In this document: one piece after another, positions 15,768 through 22,968 of the stretch
Position numbering within the stretch: position 1 is the first letter of the stretch
Layout: each line of letters starts with the position of its first letter
Origin: Euryarchaeota archaeon UBA130
Lineage (GTDB): Archaea > Thermoplasmatota > Poseidoniia > Poseidoniales > Thalassarchaeaceae
Direction of reading: 5' to 3'
Assembly (NCBI GenBank): GCA_002505775.1
Contig: DAVY01000009.1
Coordinates: forward strand, 101,614 to 165,613
DNA length: 64,000 nt
Position numbers and translations under genes: made by a program
The notes under the pieces: model-generated
Databases searched by the model: none
Told to the model about the DNA's origin: nothing
Seen by the model: the letters and a program-made list of their open reading frames with translations, nothing else

Positions 15768-18383
15768 ATGCCGGATGTTGACAATAATCTGAATATTCAG
15801 TATCCTCCATCGCGTCCAATCAAGATTAGAAGTAGGAACAAGAGAAGGATCCTAAGATACCTAGCAGAGAGGAGCTCAACAGTCAGTGAAGTAGCCATCG
15901 CAACTGGAATCAGGGTCCCTCATGCATCAGCAGAGATTAGGAGGTTGAGAAATGATACACTGCTAGACAGTGACATGCCCTCAGGAAGCAGAGGTGGGAG
16001 ACTGCATCTGACAGAAAATGGCTGGGGAGTATTGAAATCAGACGAACTCGCAATGGCGTCAGAAGCGAAAACGATCTCTATGGAAGAGAGGGGATATTGC
16101 ATACTTTTTCGAGATGGACCTAATCTTCTCCTGGGATTAACCGGATCGCCAGACTCACCATTGTTGCCCATTCCCGACAGGCCCCCGGAGAAACTCGGAG
16201 GTGAAGAATTCTCCAGTGGAACTAAGGGGGTTCCATGGAGTTGGGCTGTGTTCACAGAGAGGTCTCCAAGATGGGTAGATCTTTCTACTAATGAATTCAA
16301 ATCAGCACCACCGGTGTATGATAGGGAGAAAATCGAGACTTTCTCTGAAAGTAAATCCATTATTGGGATAATTAGAGCGAGACTTCTGGATGAGGAAAGG
16401 CCGATAGCGATCGCACCGGGCGAATGGTTTTCCGCGCCAGATCACAGACCAAAACCCCCACTTCCAGAAGAATCCATGCACAGAGGTAATTGGACTCTCG
16501 CAAAATGTCATGAAATGTCACCAGATATCAGGCCATCGTCGACTATTGTGGCAGTTGTGTCGGAAAAGCTACCCAGAACCATGCTTTTGAAAGCTGCAAA
16601 GAGCGGATCTTTGATCATCGCCGACTTAACCGGATTTGAATCAAACAGTGATAAACTCCCTTTAGAATCTCTCGATCATTGGATTTCAATAGCTCATCCT
16701 AGACTATCTGAGGCAGAGAGAAATAGAAGATGCCAAGCTCTGAAGGATAGAATATCCGGGACCAGAAGGGCGAGAACCGAAGACTCCACATGGAGGAGAT
16801 TTAGACAGGATTGGGGAAACTCTGAATTCTCATCATCCTCAAATCATCCGAGACTACTGGATACGAGAAGTTTAGGGAAAGCAGCTTCAGAATCACTCAC
16901 TAGATGGGCTCTATCTAATGATGAAAACCCTCCATTGGTAATTGACGTACCAGACAACATTTCAAACGATTTAGCGAATTCTATTTCTTCAAATCCAAAT
17001 GTTAGAATGGTACTGACAAAGAGAAATTTGGAGCCGTTCTCAGGGATGGACAGTGTACGGATTGATCATCTCAGGCCTCTCCCATGGATGGTACTTTCAA
17101 CTAAAGGGGGCAGGGAGGTGCCAATCAGAATTGTTGATCCAATCCTCCATTCTCCTGACACACATCAGATACCACTATCGAAGGAAAAAGATAGCCATAT
17201 TACCAATGAGCTAAAGGCTCTGGCAAGCTCAATTGATGACAAAGAGTATCAATCAATGGTGAGGTCCGCAATCTCTCAATATCCTGAGGGAAATGAAGAT
17301 TGGGCCAACAGGATGGAAGCGAGATATCCAGTAGCAGCCTGGATAGCGTCACCTCCCCGTTCCAGATGGCCAAGGTGGCAGAGGCTAAGCTCTAGGTTAA
17401 ATCCAGAATGGCTAATAATCCTTGATTTTGATCACCTTCCTTTGGAGGGTCTTTCTGAGGTAGCGGATGTTGCACCACAGTCAGTATTGGAGGTTTTTTC
17501 AGTGGAGTTCACACGTCTGCTAAGAACAGATCAAAATACCGCACTCAAATCTAGACCCACTATAGATCCTAGAAATGCTACTCGTGGGTCATCATGGGTT
17601 GCATCCCAGTTATTGGCAAACTCTGCTTGGCTTCCTGAGTCATTTCATGATGATCTGATTGAATGGTCCTTGGGAGTGTGGCTTGCCCATCCTCCAATCA
17701 AATCAATAAACACTATACAGGGACTTGTGTGGCTCTTCTCTTCTAGTGAGAGAGTTTCAGAGGATAAAGAGATTTCAATATTGAAAAAGATACTTTCCAA
17801 AGCCTCACAGTTGCCTCTTGACCACGATATGAGGTCTTGGGCCATTCTAGATAGGGTAACTCCGAAAAATATAGATCCTTCATTTGAAGAAATAAAGCTA
17901 ATTCTAACCAATTTACCCCTAGAGTGGTGGGCGCATATCTCCTCGGATTTACTGGAGGCAATGTTACAAGATGACAAAGCTTTCACATGGCTTGTAAGTA
18001 AGAGTATATCATGGCCGGCAGCCGTTCTCAGACCTGTGGGGTTTGAAAGTAAATTCCCTTTTCATCGTTCGTTAAACTACGAGGGATGTAGTTCCAAAAT
18101 CAGGGGATTACTATCTAGAAGGATAAGAGGTAAGGAAGATTTTTCATCAGAGGCCGAACCACTTTTTGATTTACTGGAGGCACTCGATGCACTTAATGAG
18201 AACAGGCCTCCAAAAATGGGGAATACTCATTCATTGGTAGGATGGTTAGCACAGCCCGCTGAGAGATGGCCAGAATTCAGTGTCAAAGAAATCTCAGAAG
18301 GGGATACCTATGTTATGGAAAGTCTGTTGCTAAAAAGAACCGGTTTCCATCAAGATCTGATTTCAAAAGGTACTTTTGACTAG
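15768..18383 (+). CDS. large orphan protein with N-terminal ArsR/TrmB-like winged-helix domain
   Basis: 871 aa. Residues ~25-90, RRILRYLAERSSTVSEVAIATGIRVPHASAEIRRLRNDTLLDS...GGRLHLTENG, look like a wHTH. The remaining ~780 aa are Trp/Ser/Pro-rich with no P-loop, nuclease, methylase or other motif I recognise. Confidence 0.7.
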   Translation: MPDVDNNLNIQYPPSRPIKIRSRNKRRILRYLAERSSTVSEVAIATGIRVPHASAEIRRLRNDTLLDSDMPSGSRGGRLHLTENGWGVLKSDELAMASEAKTISMEERGYCILFRDGPNLLLGLTGSPDSPLLPIPDRPPEKLGGEEFSSGTKGVPWSWAVFTERSPRWVDLSTNEFKSAPPVYDREKIETFSESKSIIGIIRARLLDEERPIAIAPGEWFSAPDHRPKPPLPEESMHRGNWTLAKCHEMSPDIRPSSTIVAVVSEKLPRTMLLKAAKSGSLIIADLTGFESNSDKLPLESLDHWISIAHPRLSEAERNRRCQALKDRISGTRRARTEDSTWRRFRQDWGNSEFSSSSNHPRLLDTRSLGKAASESLTRWALSNDENPPLVIDVPDNISNDLANSISSNPNVRMVLTKRNLEPFSGMDSVRIDHLRPLPWMVLSTKGGREVPIRIVDPILHSPDTHQIPLSKEKDSHITNELKALASSIDDKEYQSMVRSAISQYPEGNEDWANRMEARYPVAAWIASPPRSRWPRWQRLSSRLNPEWLIILDFDHLPLEGLSEVADVAPQSVLEVFSVEFTRLLRTDQNTALKSRPTIDPRNATRGSSWVASQLLANSAWLPESFHDDLIEWSLGVWLAHPPIKSINTIQGLVWLFSSSERVSEDKEISILKKILSKASQLPLDHDMRSWAILDRVTPKNIDPSFEEIKLILTNLPLEWWAHISSDLLEAMLQDDKAFTWLVSKSISWPAAVLRPVGFESKFPFHRSLNYEGCSSKIRGLLSRRIRGKEDFSSEAEPLFDLLEALDALNENRPPKMGNTHSLVGWLAQPAERWPEFSVKEISEGDTYVMESLLLKRTGFHQDLISKGTFD

Positions 18384-18413
18384 CCAAAATGGACCGAGGG
18401 GTTCATTTCCCAT

Positions 18414-18708
18414 CAGGTGTGCCCGGGACTGCCCAGCGGCAACACCCTGTTGACAAAACCCCCTCGCCGGAGGTTGAGAATGAAACATGGTACCACGTAT
18501 GGGTAGCCATCTGTCGAAGACCAGTAGGATCATCATCGATGAAATGAATACTGGCGCAAATCAGGTGGCCGGACCATGTTAGGTCCCCTGAGGACCCGTA
18601 GGGGATGAATCAAGGGACTACCCCATGGTCCGACAGACGTCCCGGGGTGGGTCAGGCGCTCGAGCCAAGCTGTGAAGGTCGCCGTTACGCCCCGGGGCAC
18701 ACATTTTT
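18414..18708 (+). ncRNA. candidate structured non-coding RNA (~290 nt), identity unknown
   Basis: No credible ORF. Two hand-counted 60-nt lines are 40/60 GC, against 21-26/60 in the upstream gene. Ends pair: GTGTGCCCGGG 18417-18427 with CCCCGGGGCACAC 18690-18702, followed by TTTTT at 18704-18708. Internal helices: CGGACCATG 18570-18578 with CATGGTCCG 18624-18632; CCCGGGAC 18422-18429 with GTCCCGGG 18639-18646; CCAGTA 18521-18526 with TACTGG 18549-18554; hairpin GGTCC-CCTGA-GGACC 18582-18596. Strand was chosen from the T-run and gene orientation. Confidence 0.45.
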
Positions 18709-18740
18709 CCAAAGCCCTCAATACTTCTCACTTCTACAGA

Positions 18741-19790
18741 ATGGTGATGAAAGCCCTTGGCCTGTTGGGCGGAACCTTTGATAGATTCCATAAAGGGCAT
18801 AGAAAATTATTGGAAACTGGGCTCAGCGAGTGCCAGAATCTGGAAATTTGGATGACCTCTGACAATTTAGCTAAGAGTAAGGACCCCCGAATCGATTCTT
18901 GGGATGACAGAAAGGAACTGATTGTCAACTCATTGGTTGGAGATGTCCGAGAAAGGATATCATTTCACGTTCTAGAGGATCTCTATGGCCCAGCAACTAT
19001 CAGGGAAGATGTCCAAGCAATTGTCTGCACACCTGAAACTGTGGACAACTGCAAGAAAATCAACTCTCTCCGTTTGGAGAACTCCTTGGCGCCATTGCAT
19101 ATCGTCATCGCCGAACATGAGTTGGATTGGATGGGTAGGCCAATTTCCAGCACCAATATTAGGAGGGGAATAATGGACAGGGAAGGATATCCCTGGCTAC
19201 ATGAGGAAATAGGATTATTTGATCTAATTCTGAACCAAGATGTTGAATTATCCTTGAAGACACCATTCGGGCAACTCGTTGAGGGAGACGAGGATGATCC
19301 CAAATTGGCTATGAGAGAGGTGTTAAGTAGAATTTCCGACTCTACTGGGCCAATAATTGCGGTTGGCGATGTAACTGTGAAGACCCTTCAAGATCTGGGA
19401 CGTTCAGCTGACATCGCGCTAATTGACGGAATGACCAAGCGTCAGAAGTGGAACGGGTCCTCAGAAATTGATGAGAGGCTCTTTGACTCCGTCCTCAGAT
19501 GCTCCAACCCACCAGGCCAGATAACCCCGGACCTGTACAGATGTTGCATTGAGGCAATCTCCAAGTTTGGATACGGTAGAGGTGAAGATAAATCTCAATC
19601 CACATTGATAGTCATTGATGGTGAAGAAGATCTGGCCCCGCTCATAATCCACCCTTTGACTTCGCTTGGTTCAGTGATTCTGTATGGTCAGCCTGGAAAG
19701 GGAGTGGTCATCAGATATACTGATCTCGATGCAAAAACTAGGTGTAGGAACCTATTGGAATCGATGGATGGAGACTGGTCACAAAGGTAG
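18741..19790 (+). CDS. fused phosphopantetheine adenylyltransferase (archaeal PPAT) and GTP-dependent dephospho-CoA kinase (DUF359)
   Basis: N-terminal half has the nucleotidyltransferase motif GGTFDRFHKGH. C-terminal half has AVGDVTVKTL, IDGMTKRQ, IDGEEDLAPL and ILYGQPGKGVVI, which I recognise as DUF359/archaeal DPCK. The ORF track starts at 18672; I prefer ATG 18741 (MVMKALGLLGG). Confidence 0.8.
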   Translation: MVMKALGLLGGTFDRFHKGHRKLLETGLSECQNLEIWMTSDNLAKSKDPRIDSWDDRKELIVNSLVGDVRERISFHVLEDLYGPATIREDVQAIVCTPETVDNCKKINSLRLENSLAPLHIVIAEHELDWMGRPISSTNIRRGIMDREGYPWLHEEIGLFDLILNQDVELSLKTPFGQLVEGDEDDPKLAMREVLSRISDSTGPIIAVGDVTVKTLQDLGRSADIALIDGMTKRQKWNGSSEIDERLFDSVLRCSNPPGQITPDLYRCCIEAISKFGYGRGEDKSQSTLIVIDGEEDLAPLIIHPLTSLGSVILYGQPGKGVVIRYTDLDAKTRCRNLLESMDGDWSQR

Positions 19791-19854
19791 ATCGGTTCTT
19801 AGATCGCTGAAATACTCTTATTGGCTAAGGCAAATGGTTTAGTTCTGCAAGGTA

Positions 19855-20370
19855 CTAATTTTCTGCTTCTTCGAGAAGTCCTATTCCAACTCCGAAAGAA
19901 ACTAGGACTGCAAACACCGAGTAGACTCCGGGATCCACCCATGTATTCTCCATAGCACTCCAAAGGACATAGAATAGCACTCCTATTGCTACTAACCAAC
20001 TAGAGACCATTTTTGTCGCTCCTCTGTCAGAAGATAGGAGGCTCTCTGAGATGCAACTTGGGAGCCCAGTCAGCCAGCCGACAAAGCCTGAATCATGGAT
20101 TTTATTCAGGCCCCTTGCCCCGAGCCCGATTAGAAGCAATCCAACAAGTCCGAATAAAGCATCATCCATCACAAATGCCATTTCAGTGGTGGAAGGGTCC
20201 CTGGTCCCACTGAAGAAATCTATCCAAAGTACCTTTTTCCCCTCTGAATAAGCGCCTATGAAAAGGTTAACTATTGTTAGGAAAACTACCCACGATCCCA
20301 ACAAGGCCAAGGCCGCCGACAAGGTCTTACTCGGACGCATCAAGGAACTCATCCACTCTGATTCACTCAT
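19855..20370 (-). CDS. hypothetical integral membrane protein
   Basis: 171 aa with 4-5 hydrophobic helices. No family recognised. Confidence 0.5.
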   Translation of the reverse strand: MSESEWMSSLMRPSKTLSAALALLGSWVVFLTIVNLFIGAYSEGKKVLWIDFFSGTRDPSTTEMAFVMDDALFGLVGLLLIGLGARGLNKIHDSGFVGWLTGLPSCISESLLSSDRGATKMVSSWLVAIGVLFYVLWSAMENTWVDPGVYSVFAVLVSFGVGIGLLEEAEN

Positions 20371-20429
20371 GGTACAACGTCCCGGGGACCTAGGACTTCT
20401 GTATAATCATTATCTGAGTGCATGTGGAA

Positions 20430-21668
20430 TCATAATCTGCTTTGGAGAGCATATTTCTCCTCAGATGCCTGGGCCACCAAGGCTTCAGAATCACTCAAGG
20501 TTGAGATTACATCAATCCCTCTGGGGACAGCGGAATTCACTTGTTTACTTCTACCTCCTCTTCCCTTGCTAACATTTCTGGCCATTATCAGCCCAAGGGT
20601 GTCCAGCTCATTCAGTAGAGAAGATATCCTCCTTGCAGTCAGAGGTTCGACTGAAATTTTCAAACAGGCATCTGAGTAAGTCCTGAATACTTCTCCCGTG
20701 CTGATATTTCTTAGGCCATTCTCCTCATTGAGTTTGATGGTAAATAAAACCAGTTTTTGGTGCAAAGGAAGGGTCCTCAAGACAGGAGTGACCTGATCGT
20801 ATTCTAATTGGCTCTGGGCCAATCTTACATGAGGAGGAGAGACCGACTCATGTCCCTCCTGCTCAGCCTTTTGGACGGAGATCCTGAGAAGATCCAAGGC
20901 CCTTCTAGCATCACCGTGTTCAGATGCTGCCAATGCCGAACATAGCTCTATTACGCCATTTCCGATAGAATCCTGTCGCAAACCTGTCTTGGCCCTATCT
21001 TCTAGAATATCCTGAATCTGAGCGGCCCCGTATGGATGGAATACTAGGTCCTCCTGGCTCAGCCTAGAGCTGACTCTCGGGTCTAGGTGTTGAGTAAAGT
21101 GTAGATCATTACTGATGCCAATTATGCAACACCTTGAAGACTTTAGAACGGTATTGAGATTTGTAAGATTGTAAAGGATACCGTCTCCAGCCCTTGCCAC
21201 AAGATTATCAATCTCATCAAGAACGATGATATGGACGCCTCCTTCCCTGTCCATTCTTGTAACCAGGGTGTCCAGAACTCTGTCTGTTGGCCATCCAGTA
21301 AATGGGATAGGGGCATCTCCCCTGTGGGATAGTTGCGAGGCGATATTTTGTACTACCCTGTACTTAGTGTCTATATTCCTACAATTTATCTCGTAGCTGA
21401 AAACTGGCTCACCCATTTCCTTCCCTTTGTCAAGAAGCTGTGAGAGTACATATCTAGTGACTACAGTTTTTCCTGAACCAGGAACTCCGTAGAGTAGCAT
21501 ATTCGAAGGGATATGACCGTTCAATGCGTCAACAAGATTCCTAACCAGCGCGTCGACCTCTCCTCCTCTGTGAGGGAGTTTATCAGGCTCGAAGGCGTGA
21601 TCGAAAGCCCTCCTATCAATAAACAAGCTCTCCTGTCCAAGAATCTTTTCGAAAATGTTTCTCTCCAT
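20430..21668 (-). CDS. cdc6: Orc1/Cdc6 replication initiator
   Basis: 412 aa. Walker A YGVPGSGKT, Walker B IIVLDEIDNL, sensor region, and a C-terminal winged helix. Faces an AT-rich intergenic region. Confidence 0.9.
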   Translation of the reverse strand: MERNIFEKILGQESLFIDRRAFDHAFEPDKLPHRGGEVDALVRNLVDALNGHIPSNMLLYGVPGSGKTVVTRYVLSQLLDKGKEMGEPVFSYEINCRNIDTKYRVVQNIASQLSHRGDAPIPFTGWPTDRVLDTLVTRMDREGGVHIIVLDEIDNLVARAGDGILYNLTNLNTVLKSSRCCIIGISNDLHFTQHLDPRVSSRLSQEDLVFHPYGAAQIQDILEDRAKTGLRQDSIGNGVIELCSALAASEHGDARRALDLLRISVQKAEQEGHESVSPPHVRLAQSQLEYDQVTPVLRTLPLHQKLVLFTIKLNEENGLRNISTGEVFRTYSDACLKISVEPLTARRISSLLNELDTLGLIMARNVSKGRGGRSKQVNSAVPRGIDVISTLSDSEALVAQASEEKYALQSRL

Positions 21669-22057
21669 TTTCTAACACTCCTTGCACATGTCGTCGAACT
21701 ACTCTCCTACTCCCCATCTGAGTGGTTGAATAGCCAACGCGGATTGACAGCGAACAAGCTCCAGATAATAAGCCTCTCTGAAGAATCAGTAACTCAAGTA
21801 AGTTTACAACAGTAAATTGCATTCAAGTTTACTTTCTACATCAGTAATTTTTTTTGTCCTGTAAACAACTTTCAGTATCTCGTTTTTACATTTTTTTATC
21901 TGGTGCAAATATCTCACTGTAAAAGAAAATATCCATCAACATAATATGATAAAATAGTCAATCATGGAGTATGAATGATATTCAATTTTTTTAACTCGAA
22001 TGATCTAGAATGTTATATCATCCGAATTATTTTGACGAGATGAGGTATATATGCATG
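21669..22057. other. candidate replication origin (AT-rich unwinding region plus short repeats) upstream of cdc6
   Basis: 389-bp non-coding stretch. T-runs at about 21847-21856, 21890-21898, 21984-21992 and 22057-22080. AAGTTTAC at 21800-21807 and 21825-21832, with inverted GTAAAC at 21861-21866. TCAGTAA at 21786-21792 and 21841-21847, plus CAGTAA at 21810-21815 and TCAGTA at 21872-21877. Confidence 0.55.
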
Positions 22058-22897
22058 TTATTTTTTTGATTTTTTATTTATAATTTGAAATGACCCGTCA
22101 TCAAATATTTGAAGCGCGTCAAAATCTTCAAGCTGGTAAATTTTCTCTGGCAACGCGGGCATCTGGAAACCCTCTTGACGACCCCTCGCAGAAGAGTAGT
22201 TGTGAGTCACGAGAATTTTCGCATGGGGATTCCTTTCTGAGAGTTTGACCACATCCGAGGGACGGTGATGATGAGGAAAATCCCCAATATCAGGAACCCC
22301 CATCTCCACTATGATAACGTCGGCATCCGGGGCTCTCCGATCTATCTCCGAACATGGCCCGGAATCCCCACAATGAAGGATACTAAATCCGCTGGAATGT
22401 ATAAGCTCGTATCCATGAGGGTCAGTTTCTGGATTGTGATTGACAGGGAATCTAATGAACCTCCAACCTGTATCTCCAATGAGCCCATTTTCCTCTTCAT
22501 TCCAATCAACCATCGAGTCCAGCGAATCCAAACTCCCGGGGAAGCCCGTTTCACACAAACCATGAAGGATTTTTCTCCCACCTGGACGAAGATAGACATC
22601 CAGCCCCACCTTCGAGTCTCTATTAGTCACGTATTTCCTTTCCAGAAGGAAAAAGGGGAATCCGAAAATGTGATCCCCGTGCCAGTGAGTGAACAACAGA
22701 TGACGAATGTCTCCACTCGAATGCCCCGTTCTCTTTAGCTGAGTGATAACTGTCGGAGGGGCGTCAATTAGGATTTTGCCATCGATCAGGGCCAGTGCAT
22801 GCATCCTCCCATGTGGGGAGAAGGCATTGCCAGTTCCCAGGAAATCAACTCTCGGCATGGGCCTGCGAAAGAGACCAATGACTTGACCCCATCGCAA
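22058..22897 (-). CDS. metallo-beta-lactamase fold hydrolase
   Basis: 279 aa. FLGTGNAF and the HxHxDH box FTHWHGDHIFG. The real start may be M14 at 22858. Confidence 0.75.
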   Translation of the reverse strand: MRWGQVIGLFRRPMPRVDFLGTGNAFSPHGRMHALALIDGKILIDAPPTVITQLKRTGHSSGDIRHLLFTHWHGDHIFGFPFFLLERKYVTNRDSKVGLDVYLRPGGRKILHGLCETGFPGSLDSLDSMVDWNEEENGLIGDTGWRFIRFPVNHNPETDPHGYELIHSSGFSILHCGDSGPCSEIDRRAPDADVIIVEMGVPDIGDFPHHHRPSDVVKLSERNPHAKILVTHNYSSARGRQEGFQMPALPEKIYQLEDFDALQIFDDGSFQIINKKSKK

Positions 22898-22968
22898 TTA
22901 TTGCTATTCTTTGAGAACTCCCATTACATTTATTCATAAACGAGGGATTTCCCGAGGGACTGAGAGAT

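Noticed and set aside
15768-18383. Calling the 871-aa orphan a defence nuclease or ATPase.
   Set aside because: No Walker A/B, PD-(D/E)xK, HNH, RuvC-like or RT motif could be found in the translation. Any such function would be pure speculation, so it is reported only as an orphan.
18414-18708. Tried to identify the structured RNA as archaeal SRP (7S) RNA or RNase P RNA.
   Set aside because: The size and paired 5'/3' ends fit SRP RNA. But on neither strand could I find the helix-8 GGAA tetraloop plus AGCA motif. I also could not find the RNase P CR-I box GGAAAGUCC in the right place; only loose resemblances (GAUGAAU...ACAGAC) are present. Identity is left open and needs cmscan.
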